64,000 nt of DNA from an uncultured Candidatus Saccharibacteria bacterium (GCA_964531475.1 CAZHCS010000002.1:4548-68547); one strand, 5' to 3'. Counted from the stretch's first letter, positions 50,306 through 58,531 are shown. A program made the numbers and translations. Notes: a model not told the origin generated them from the sequence alone.

Positions 50306-51976
50306 TTACATCCTCTCCGGTGCTTTGATGCCAAGGAGCCAGAGACCGTTATGGATAGTCTGACCGACGGCTTTGGCCAGGGCGATGTTATAAGAAGCGT
50401 TTACATTTTCAACATCGATAATCTTTGTGTTTCCGTACCAAGAATTAAATGCGCGCGCGAGCTCTAAAAGATAAATAGCAACATGATGCGGCGCCAAAAA
50501 GTTAATCGATTCTTCGACGACCTCTGGAAAACGCGTGAGCAAGCGTTCGACATCGCTCACAGCAAGTTCTCTTTTTTCTCCTGACTCGGTAATGCCCGCC
50601 TCGCGCGCCTTTTCGAGCAGCGAATTGATACGCGCATGCGTGTACTGCAAATACGGACCAGAGTCGCCTTCGAAAGAAAGCGATGTTTCTGGGTCGAAGT
50701 TTATATTCTGCCCGGGTTTTGATTTGAGGATGGAAAATTTGATCGCGGCGATGGCGACGGCGTCAATCATCTCTTGCGAGAGCGCGCGTTCGGCAGAGCG
50801 TTCGCGGACTTCTTCGGACACCGTATCGAGGATATCCGTCGCGAGCGGCACGCCACCGAGGCGGCTCGACATCTTTTGCCCCTTGAACGTCATACGGCCA
50901 TGGGGTACATGGCGATTATTGTTTGCCCAGGCATTATCTATCTTATACGCAGCATCAATGACCAAAGCAAAATGCTGAATCTGTTGATAGTCAGTTACAA
51001 ATATAGATAAGTCTGGATGATATCCTTCAAACTTCATCTTTATTAAACCAAGATCTTTTGCTTCATAAGTAGGATTTCCCTGGCTATTGATAAATACAGC
51101 TGTGTTTAACCAAGGTGTTGAAGTATCAGGGATATACACAATCGCGCCTTCACTTTCGGTAAAGACTTTTGGTGTATACTTCTCTACTAATTCTTTACCG
51201 ACAACGCCGGCCTCGCTTTCATAAATATAGCTATCGAAGTGCGAACCGAGCCGCGCCACAACGCTTTCGAAATATTTAATATTGAACTCTTTGCAGGCCT
51301 TGAAGAGCCGGAATTCGGGCGTGTCGGCCCCAGCGTAGAGATTGTCCGCGATCTCTTTGACACGCGATTGGATGCTTTCGTCTTCTTCGAAGCGTTTGGT
51401 GCCTTCGACATACGCATCGCCAAGCGCGCTGATCTCGAGATTCTCCGTATCGATATTTTTCTCAAGCAAGACGAAGATCGCTTTGGCAACGCCGAGCGAG
51501 ATATCCGACGGGAACGAGACGCTCGACACCTCTGCCCCGCTCGCGCGCATGAGGCGCACTAACGACTCGCCGATAGCGTTGTTCATCATGTGGCCGATGT
51601 GGAACGGCTTGAAGAGGTTCGGGCTCGAATGCTCGACGAGGATTTTCTGGCCCGCGTGGATGTTTGAAATGCCGAACTGTGCGTCGATGCCACGGATGAC
51701 GTTCGCAAAATACGCCGGTGAAAGGCGGAAATTGATGAACCCGGGACCCGCGACGTCGGTCGAGGTGACGAACTCGTGGGTTGGGAGCGCAGAGCGGATG
51801 GCTTCGGCGAGTTCGCGCGGATTCTTGCCAGCTTCTTTGGCCAAAGCGAGTGCGACGTTCGTCGAATAGTCGCCATGGGCGAAGACCTCCGGATGCTCGA
51901 GCGCCGGGTCAGCCGAAAATCCGAGCGCTGCGAGCGCTTCGGATATGAGCCTCTTTAATTCTGATTCTATATTCAT
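50306..51976 (-). CDS. argS: Arginine--tRNA ligase
   Basis: HGDYSTN, GPGFIN, HIGH, KMSSR, GPYLQY; ATGA overlap with msrA. Confidence 0.96.
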   Translation of the reverse strand: MNIESELKRLISEALAALGFSADPALEHPEVFAHGDYSTNVALALAKEAGKNPRELAEAIRSALPTHEFVTSTDVAGPGFINFRLSPAYFANVIRGIDAQFGISNIHAGQKILVEHSSPNLFKPFHIGHMMNNAIGESLVRLMRASGAEVSSVSFPSDISLGVAKAIFVLLEKNIDTENLEISALGDAYVEGTKRFEEDESIQSRVKEIADNLYAGADTPEFRLFKACKEFNIKYFESVVARLGSHFDSYIYESEAGVVGKELVEKYTPKVFTESEGAIVYIPDTSTPWLNTAVFINSQGNPTYEAKDLGLIKMKFEGYHPDLSIFVTDYQQIQHFALVIDAAYKIDNAWANNNRHVPHGRMTFKGQKMSSRLGGVPLATDILDTVSEEVRERSAERALSQEMIDAVAIAAIKFSILKSKPGQNINFDPETSLSFEGDSGPYLQYTHARINSLLEKAREAGITESGEKRELAVSDVERLLTRFPEVVEESINFLAPHHVAIYLLELARAFNSWYGNTKIIDVENVNASYNIALAKAVGQTIHNGLWLLGIKAPERM

Positions 51977-52521
51977 TTCAATAATTCTTTGTGGTTTTTC
52001 TCGAGCTTTTTTATCTTTGGAGCCACGACCAGCTGGCAATACGCCTTGTCCGGATTCTTGCCGAAGTAGTCGTGATGATAATCCTCGGCCGGATAGAACT
52101 CGTCGGCCAATGAGACTTCGGTCACGATAGCTTTGCCTGCTTGCGCATCGGCTACGAGGACGCCGTATTCGCGGATCTTTTCGTCTATCACATCCTTCTG
52201 TTCGTGCTCGGTGTAGAAAATGGCGGAACGGTATTGGTTGCCGACATCGGCACCTTGGCGATCGAGCGTGGTCGGATCGTGGCTGTCGAAGAAAACGTCG
52301 AGGATGGCTTCGGTCGAAATGTGTTCAGGATCGTATTCCACCTTTACGACTTCGGCGTGACCGGTCATACCAGAGCAAACTTCTTCGTACGTCGGAGCCC
52401 GTCCATCGGTCGGTGAATGCCCGCCCATATATCCGGGAGTGACAGAAAGAACGCCATGGAGGGAACGAAATACAGCCTCGGTACACCAGAAGCATCCACC
52501 GGCTAGGTATATCGTCTCCAT
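51973..52521 (-). CDS. msrA: Peptide methionine sulfoxide reductase A
   Basis: GGCFWCTEA, TGHAE, QYRSAIF, AEDYH. Confidence 0.97.
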   Translation of the reverse strand: METIYLAGGCFWCTEAVFRSLHGVLSVTPGYMGGHSPTDGRAPTYEEVCSGMTGHAEVVKVEYDPEHISTEAILDVFFDSHDPTTLDRQGADVGNQYRSAIFYTEHEQKDVIDEKIREYGVLVADAQAGKAIVTEVSLADEFYPAEDYHHDYFGKNPDKAYCQLVVAPKIKKLEKNHKELLK

Positions 52522-52533
52522 GGCGTTAGTTTA

Positions 52534-53523
52534 TCATAAATCGGCTAGCCCCGCTTTTCGAGATAGTTTCGAAGTATTTCCATGTGACAACAGGCCTTGG
52601 TAAGAAACAATGACTTCTTCCTTGGGGTTATCTTTCAGTTTCTTGAACATCCTATTTTTAGTGGTCGTGCGCAAAACCCTGTGATCGAAGAAATGCACCC
52701 AGCCCAAGAAATCAACGCCGGAGTTGATGGTTCGTATACTGATCTTGTCAGGATGGAGCGTAAGACGTAAACGAACATCGAGAAATTCTTCTATCTTTCC
52801 AAGCAATTGCGAAAGATATCCCTTATTCTCATACAAGATCACAAAATCATCCGCATAGCGAATATAATATTTTACTCGCAGTTCGTTTTTCATATACTGA
52901 TCAAACTCATTCATGTAAACATTCACCAAAAGTTGCGAGGTGAGATTGCCGAGAGGCAATCCCCTGCCTGGAGAGGTGTTAAAACTTTTCACCACCTGAC
53001 GCACGAGCCAGATGATATCTTTGTCTTCAATATGTTTATCCAGAATCTCAAAGAGAGTTTCTTGATCGATGGAAGCGAAGAATTTTTTAATATCGCATTT
53101 CAAAACCCAAAGCGTTTTCGTATTATTTCTGCTTACCTTGTAAACGAATGAACGAAATCGTTTCAACGCCCGATGAGTCCCCTTCCATTTGCGGCAAGAG
53201 TACGAGTCAACAACAAATTTCTTATCGAAATAAGGATATAGATGCCGGTAGATAGCATGGTGAAGCAATCGGTCACGGACACTCGCTTTGTGAATATTTC
53301 TAGGCTTCGGATCGGAAATATTGAAGGCATAGTAACCGCCGTGAACATATCTTTTCGCAACCAAATCTCTGTGTAGGATCAAAATATTATCCATGAGATG
53401 GACTTGAAATTCCTGTACGTCTTTCTTGGCGCGTTTTCCTCTCACGAACTCACGCCACGCGGAAAGCAAATTCTCCGTGGAGATGATATCCTTATACCTA
53501 TGAATAAAAATATTTCGAGCCAT
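52534..53523 (-). CDS. DGR reverse transcriptase
   Basis: 329 aa; KPRNI, DRLLHHA, KCDIKKFF, GLPLGNLTSQ, RYADD, DFLGW; no maturase or endonuclease domain. Confidence 0.95.
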   Translation of the reverse strand: MARNIFIHRYKDIISTENLLSAWREFVRGKRAKKDVQEFQVHLMDNILILHRDLVAKRYVHGGYYAFNISDPKPRNIHKASVRDRLLHHAIYRHLYPYFDKKFVVDSYSCRKWKGTHRALKRFRSFVYKVSRNNTKTLWVLKCDIKKFFASIDQETLFEILDKHIEDKDIIWLVRQVVKSFNTSPGRGLPLGNLTSQLLVNVYMNEFDQYMKNELRVKYYIRYADDFVILYENKGYLSQLLGKIEEFLDVRLRLTLHPDKISIRTINSGVDFLGWVHFFDHRVLRTTTKNRMFKKLKDNPKEEVIVSYQGLLSHGNTSKLSRKAGLADL

Positions 53524-53541
53524 AAAAATTCAACCAATGCG

Positions 53542-53551
53542 CCCCCCCCCC
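53542..53551 (+). repeat. C10 homopolymer between RT and avd starts
   Basis: g-cccccccccc-a. Confidence 0.9.
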
Positions 53552-53558
53552 ACGGCTT

Positions 53559-53906
53559 TTGCCGGTGATCCTGAAACTGAAAGATGCTTATGGAGTATGG
53601 CAAGGATATTGCGCCCACTTCCCTAAAGCAAATCGCTTCACGCTTGGAAGCAAGATCGATTCCGTATTTCTTGAAAGCATAGAGTCTTCTTTTGTCGCCA
53701 GTTATTCCGTCGGACAAGTAAAGTTGAATCATGTTGAGAGCACTATTACGAAAACGGATCTTTTAAAGCTCCTCTTGCAATTGGCTTGGGAAACGAAGGC
53801 GATCGACAACAATAAATATATTCATTTGAGCGAACTCTTAGCCGAAGTCGGCAAGATGCTCGGAGGCTGGAAACGGCAACTGGCAAACAAAACTCCCGCC
53901 GCGTGA
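53559..53906 (+). CDS. avd: Avd-like four-helix-bundle accessory protein (5' end probably frameshifted at poly-C)
   Basis: HFPK..RFTLG.KID, D.LK.LL.LAWE, E.GKMLGGW motifs; between RT and TR. Confidence 0.88.
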   Translation: MPVILKLKDAYGVWQGYCAHFPKANRFTLGSKIDSVFLESIESSFVASYSVGQVKLNHVESTITKTDLLKLLLQLAWETKAIDNNKYIHLSELLAEVGKMLGGWKRQLANKTPAA

Positions 53907-53930
53907 TTGTCGACGGGAGAACCGTAGGAG

Positions 53931-54061
53931 TTGCGAACGCCGAGGAAGCGGTAGTTGCGATTCCAGTCATTGTCGAACCAATTCAGGTTCAGGTTACGCT
54001 TCGAATCGTTCCTGTTGAGGTAAGCCACGTTGCGGTTGCCATTGATCTTGGCCACGGAGCC
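53931..54061 (-). ncRNA. DGR template repeat (TR)
   Basis: 131 bp, AAY-codon rich (KINGNRNVAYLNRNDSKRNLNLNWFDNDWNRNYRF), aligns to 54401-54531. Confidence 0.95.
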
Positions 54062-54300
54062 ATGTGTGACGCGCCATCTAGTTCACCACCCTTCGAGTCG
54101 GAGAAACTGAAAACCCTCAAGGCTGAATCGTATTCGCAACCTTATATGTTGCAGAGCATGTCACACCAACTTTTCTCTGGTTTTTGTTCTGAATTCCTCC
54201 TGACACTCTTTTGAAAACCGTGGCCTTCAAAACTCTCGCCAAGAGGCATGCGGACAAATTACCCAAAGCCGTGACCTTAGATTTCTCATTTGTCGAAATT

Positions 54301-54309
54301 ATTGTAGCA
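54301..54309 (-). promoter_or_regulatory. Putative extended -10 promoter for TR/RT transcript
   Basis: Minus strand TGCTACAAT about 240 nt upstream of TR. Confidence 0.45.
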
Positions 54310-54319
54310 AAAACGCAAA

Positions 54320-54342
54320 GCCGGCGCACAGAGTGCGCCGGC
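54320..54342. other. GC-rich hairpin/cruciform downstream of VR
   Basis: gccggcgcac-aga-gtgcgccggc, perfect 10-bp stem, 54 nt past the target stop codon. Confidence 0.75.
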
Positions 54343-54396
54343 AAGTTCCAAGGGTCCAAGTGCCAAGGACGAATCCAAGGCTCAAGGACCAGAGAA

Positions 54397-54999
54397 CTAT
54401 TTGCGACCGCCGAGGAAGCGGTAGTAGCGACTCCAGTCATCGTCGAACCAATGCAGGAGCAGGAAACGCTCCGAACCGCGCCTGCTGAGGCAAGCCACGC
54501 TGCGGTCGCCACCGATCTCGGCCACGGAGCCGAGTGCCACGATCGGGTACTTCCGCTGTTCTTCGGGCAAGGCTGCGCCATACGCAAGGAGCTCCTCGAT
54601 CTTGGCTGGCCGGAACCCGTCCTTCTCCATCTCTTTGATCGCGTTCTCCGAAGAGATGTCGCGGTCGAAGTGGAAGAGTTTGGGTTCGAAACCCACTTTG
54701 CCGGTGCCGGACAGCGGGAAGCGCTTCGCCGTGATGTCGTCGTTCTTCCAGTCGTAGTTGCCGGCGGCGATCATCTGCTCGAGCGTCATGCCATAGTCCA
54801 CGAAGAACTTCATGTCGAGCGGCGAGAGGTTGAGCACCTTGCGCAGCGCTTCACGATCGATCTGCGTCGGATCGGCTTCGATGAGGTCAGCGAGCGAGCC
54901 GTTCGTGAGCAAGGATTGGAATCCTTGATGGTCCTTGCCTTTTGCTTCGAGCAATGTGGCGAGGCTGGCCAGTTGGCCTGAAGTGAATGCGGTTTTCAT
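54397..54999 (-). CDS. DGR target protein (C-terminal variable region, probable CLec-like fold)
   Basis: 200 aa; last 43 codons are the VR, ending W..YYRFLGGRK. Confidence 0.92.
   Translation of the reverse strand: MKTAFTSGQLASLATLLEAKGKDHQGFQSLLTNGSLADLIEADPTQIDREALRKVLNLSPLDMKFFVDYGMTLEQMIAAGNYDWKNDDITAKRFPLSGTGKVGFEPKLFHFDRDISSENAIKEMEKDGFRPAKIEELLAYGAALPEEQRKYPIVALGSVAEIGGDRSVACLSRRGSERFLLLHWFDDDWSRYYRFLGGRK
54401..54531 (-). repeat. DGR variable repeat (VR)
   Basis: 20 mismatches to TR, 19 at TR adenines. Confidence 0.95.
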
Positions 55000-55161
55000 C
55001 GGACTTGTGGTCTTTTGAATCTACTCCCGAAGGGTAGCGTGCTATTCTCCTCTCCCGAATGGGCGGTTTGGCATAGCTTTGAAACTTCAATGATGTAAAG
55101 CCTCAAAGCTATGCCAAATTTCGCAAATAGTTCAGTTTTGAAGAACGATTTTTACCTGTCC

Positions 55162-55191
55162 ATTATAACATATGACAAGTCATTTTGTCAA
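55162..55191 (-). promoter_or_regulatory. Sigma70 promoter of DGR target gene
   Basis: TTGACA-18 nt-TATAAT on minus strand; spacer holds palindrome atgac-aa-gtcat. Confidence 0.65.
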
Positions 55192-55194
55192 TAG

Positions 55195-55716
55195 CTACAT
55201 CTTCCTCGTATCATACGCCCAGTGAAGTAACGCCTGACGTTGGCGGGGACGGCACGTAGCGTCGCCCGGGCGGCAATTGGCCGCGATTTGGCCAAGGTGC
55301 CGGCGGATGGCATTCCAGCGTTTGATCTGCCGTGCGTCTTCCTTGGGGATCCTGCGGCCCATGTAATAGCGGCAATACCATTGGAACCAGCCGCGAGGGT
55401 CGTCACGGTAAATCCAGCCCTTTCGGCGCCATTCGGCGAGCGGCTGGCTTGCGTTCACTTTGAAATGATTGAGCTTGGCGTCGCGCTTGCCTTCGCCCGG
55501 CTTGCCAGGCGCAAACTTGGCTTTCGTGAACCACGATTTCGGGAATTCCTTGGTGCAGTCGCGCATGTAGATGCCGCCGAAGACGCCGATGGCGAGCATC
55601 TCGGCTGGAGTCAAATCCGGCCGGAAATCCGGCGAGAAATTCTTTCCGGCCGGTTCGGTCAGTTCGTATTCGTAACCCTTTTGCATCAGGTCATTGACGA
55701 CAACACGTTTTTTCAT
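55195..55716 (-). CDS. Conserved hypothetical protein
   Basis: PDLTP.EML..GVFGG.Y, DPRGWFQWYCRYYMGRR, RQ.LLHWAYD. Confidence 0.8.
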   Translation of the reverse strand: MKKRVVVNDLMQKGYEYELTEPAGKNFSPDFRPDLTPAEMLAIGVFGGIYMRDCTKEFPKSWFTKAKFAPGKPGEGKRDAKLNHFKVNASQPLAEWRRKGWIYRDDPRGWFQWYCRYYMGRRIPKEDARQIKRWNAIRRHLGQIAANCRPGDATCRPRQRQALLHWAYDTRKM

Positions 55717-55781
55717 AGGCTCATTTTAGCATTTTTCCAGTGTGTTAAAATAATCAGGTTAATAGTTTAGTAAAAAGAATA

Positions 55782-56456
55782 ATGAAACAAGCAATATCGT
55801 TTATCATATTAGTCGCAGTAGTTGTCGTGGGCTTCATGCTCTTGCGTTCACCGGCCGACGCACCAACACAGGAACAGCCGGCCGATCAGGCGCAAAATGC
55901 AGGCACGCAAGCCGGCACCGATATCAACGGCACCAAGACCTTTGACGCTTCGGCAAGTTCGGCCACCTGGACCGGCAAAAAAACTCTCATCAAGGACTAT
56001 TACGACAACGGCACCGTCGGCATCAAATCCGGCAGCGCGACTTTTGTAAACGGTTTGCTAACCGGCGGCATGGTCACTTTTGACATGACGACGATCGCGG
56101 CAACATCGACCGGCAAAGGCGACGGTATGGACAGGCTTTCGGGCCACTTGAAGTCCGACGACTTCTTCGCTGTCGAGACTTACCCTGAAGCGACATTTGT
56201 CATTACTAGTGCCGCACGCGAAACTGACACCACTTACCTGGTAACCGGCGACCTGACTGTCAAAGGTAAAACTGCGCCAGTTAGCTTCCCTGTGGACGTA
56301 ATCGTCGCGGGCGATACGCTGCTCGCAACCGGCGCAGTTACTGTCGACCGTACGGTCTATGACGTCCGCTTTGGTTCGACAAAATTCTTCCAGGACTTGG
56401 GCGACAACGTGATCGCGGACGAGTTTACGCTTGAATTCGAAGCGGTGATGAAATAG
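55782..56456 (+). CDS. YceI family lipid/polyisoprenoid-binding protein
   Basis: HLKSDDFF.VE.YP.A.F, GDLTVKG. Confidence 0.9.
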   Translation: MKQAISFIILVAVVVVGFMLLRSPADAPTQEQPADQAQNAGTQAGTDINGTKTFDASASSATWTGKKTLIKDYYDNGTVGIKSGSATFVNGLLTGGMVTFDMTTIAATSTGKGDGMDRLSGHLKSDDFFAVETYPEATFVITSAARETDTTYLVTGDLTVKGKTAPVSFPVDVIVAGDTLLATGAVTVDRTVYDVRFGSTKFFQDLGDNVIADEFTLEFEAVMK

Positions 56457-56549
56457 GACGAGATGTAGGAGTATTAAGTAAATAAGTATTAGGTATTAAG
56501 AAAACAAACCGCCCTTGGGCGGTTTGTTTTCTTTCCTCTTTGCGGAGCG

Positions 56550-56918
56550 TCAGTACATTGCAAGCGCCATAATCATCATGAGCGCGCCAACCAGTGCAGA
56601 ATTCTTGGTAAAGTTTATGCGTTCAGACATCTTGTGAAGAGGGTCCGCGACTTTCCAGAAAGGATGCATGACGAGACTAACCCCGACCAAAAATATGACC
56701 AGGAGCGCGAGACCGATGACGATGCCGATACCGGTCAAGACCGACAAGCCGCCGATGAGCATCATGACGCCGGTCATAAATACGGCGATTTTCGGATGTG
56801 GAACTTTTTTCGAAGCCGCGTAGCCAGTCAAGGCTTCGGAGGCTGTAAAGTGGTTGTAAGCGTTGTAGACGAAGTACCCGCCAAGAAGTAATCGTCCGAT
56901 CAAAAATAGTGCTTCCAT
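56550..56918 (-). CDS. DoxX family membrane protein
   Basis: GRLLLG..F, H.FW, F.KN.AL.GA. Confidence 0.88.
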   Translation of the reverse strand: MEALFLIGRLLLGGYFVYNAYNHFTASEALTGYAASKKVPHPKIAVFMTGVMMLIGGLSVLTGIGIVIGLALLVIFLVGVSLVMHPFWKVADPLHKMSERINFTKNSALVGALMMIMALAMY

Positions 56919-56987
56919 TGGATGAAAATTATCTGATAATCCCTACCTCCGCATCTTATCACAAAAAGAAAAGGGCCCGAAGGCCCT

Positions 56988-57515
56988 TTACTTTTTATCA
57001 GACTTGCGGACAAGAAGGCTGTGCAACTTGACCGTGGAAGTACGCTGAGGTTTTTTTATGGAACAATCCGCACTGTCAAAACCCGGACGACACTTATTGG
57101 CCAAGACCTCCAGATGCCACTCTACACGCAGAGCAAAATCAGACTTCACTACAATACGAAACAAGTGGTCCCTCTCTCCGGCGCCCTTGCAGTTGAAATG
57201 GTGGTATGTCGACCTGTCCGCGCAAAAAAGATTTGTCACCCTTGCGACAGGACCAGAGTTTCTTTCGAAGAAACCGAGCCCTACGAGTGCGTGATGAAAT
57301 CTGACAATCAAGAAGCCCCTCACCAGAGAAATCTCCCTTCTTCTGCTCTTCTCAAAAAGAGCACGGTACGGTATGTCTTCCTGAGTAAGCTCTTCCAGAC
57401 AAGCTATAACTGTGGAAGCAAAGAGATGTTCGAAGTGTCCCTCTTGGTAAATATTCCTTAGAATTTTCCCCTTATCATCCCAGACAGTGAAATCCTTACC
57501 GAGTACTATATCCAT
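56988..57515 (-). CDS. Orphan hypothetical protein
   Basis: 175 aa with TTGACA-17-TAATCT promoter-like site and terminator at 56970-56990. Confidence 0.55.
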   Translation of the reverse strand: MDIVLGKDFTVWDDKGKILRNIYQEGHFEHLFASTVIACLEELTQEDIPYRALFEKSRRREISLVRGFLIVRFHHALVGLGFFERNSGPVARVTNLFCADRSTYHHFNCKGAGERDHLFRIVVKSDFALRVEWHLEVLANKCRPGFDSADCSIKKPQRTSTVKLHSLLVRKSDKK

Positions 57516-57585
57516 GGCAATGTGTTTTTTCTGAGATTACAGGTGCCAAGGCATTGTGTCAATATATAAAAAGAAAAGTCCGAGA

Positions 57586-57771
57586 TCATCGGACTTTCTT
57601 CTTTGGTATGAAATTGACGCCATCTTTTGTTTCCACCATGCAATAACGTTCCAATAAGTATGCCGGAACATGCACTTCACGGAAAGCCTCATAGCTCACC
57701 CGTTGGAACACGTCTCGCATGTCAGCTGGTGGAGTCGGTTGAATTAAGTCGGCAATGGTTCGGCTTGTCAT
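57586..57771 (-). CDS. Small orphan hypothetical protein (61 aa)
   Basis: ATG MTSRTIAD... in array of small genes. Confidence 0.4.
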   Translation of the reverse strand: MTSRTIADLIQPTPPADMRDVFQRVSYEAFREVHVPAYLLERYCMVETKDGVNFIPKKKVR

Positions 57772-58160
57772 TGAATCAAGGTTTGAAGAGACAATATCAG
57801 AAAGAATCTTTTGGAACAAGTAAAAACAAAAGAGCCCCGACATGTCGGGGCTCTCTTCCTCTTGGCTTTTTAGGCGGAGGAAACTTCTTGTTGGCTCCAA
57901 TCGACTTATCGACTGGTGTTGTGCCCTGCTTTGGATGGGTGCAGTAACCCATTGCTATAAGATCAGTCCTGGGCGCGGTTCTTCTTGTTGTTGTTCATCA
58001 GGGACGTACCCTGGAAATTCGCCACCGTCGGAGGCGATTCGAACGTGTGTTTCTTCATGTGCTGGACGATTTAGTGTCCGCTTTTTATTTTACCCGAATC
58101 GAGAAGGTTTGCAAGACCAAAAACAAAAGCCCCGCGCAAGGCGAGGCTTTCGTATGTACC

Positions 58161-58487
58161 CTAAGGTATAGGGCGGTATGCGAGCCAGGAGATGGCTTCA
58201 GTACAAACACCACTAATCCAAATGAATCCGTTAGAACAAAGCATGCCAATGAAAGGCGCCGAAGAAATTGAGCTTGTCACCAGTAATGAGATGGCGAGGT
58301 CTTGGACTACATCCAGGAACCAAAACTCGTACTTCTTCCCCGACGACTCATCATCGCCATCACCCCACGGATCCTGTCCTGGGCGCCGAGGTGGCCGCGG
58401 CGGGCCACCATGGCTTTTCATACGCTCTCGTATTTGCTGCCGATGAAGCCTGACGCCGGCAGAAAGCCGTATTCGTGTAGCTATCAT
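58161..58487 (-). CDS. Orphan hypothetical protein
   Basis: 108 aa, hydrophobic C-terminus, terminator at 58126-58150. Confidence 0.4.
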   Translation of the reverse strand: MIATRIRLSAGVRLHRQQIRERMKSHGGPPRPPRRPGQDPWGDGDDESSGKKYEFWFLDVVQDLAISLLVTSSISSAPFIGMLCSNGFIWISGVCTEAISWLAYRPIP

Positions 58488-58531
58488 GTGCTATTTATTT
58501 TAAAACAGCATACGCCCGACGCCGACGAGTG

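Larger units (their letters stand above)
52534..55191 (-). mobile_element. Diversity-generating retroelement (target/VR, TR, avd, RT)
   Basis: RT, Avd-like gene and TR/VR pair with adenine-specific mismatches within 2.7 kb. Confidence 0.95.

Noticed and set aside
52534-53523. RT as group II intron, retron or CRISPR-associated RT
   Set aside because: No maturase or endonuclease domain, no VTG retron motif, no cas1; Avd and an A-specific TR/VR pair identify a DGR.
53822-54055. 77-aa Asn-rich ORF as a protein paralogue of the target
   Set aside because: It is the TR read in the target frame; AAY richness is the template signature.
53903-54981. Plus-strand ORFs 53903-54214 and 54211-54981 with similar peptides
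   Set aside because: Antisense shadows of TR and VR/target.
57860-58060. Possible tiny ORFs between terminators at 57833 and 58126
   Set aside because: Several short competing frames, none with convincing support.
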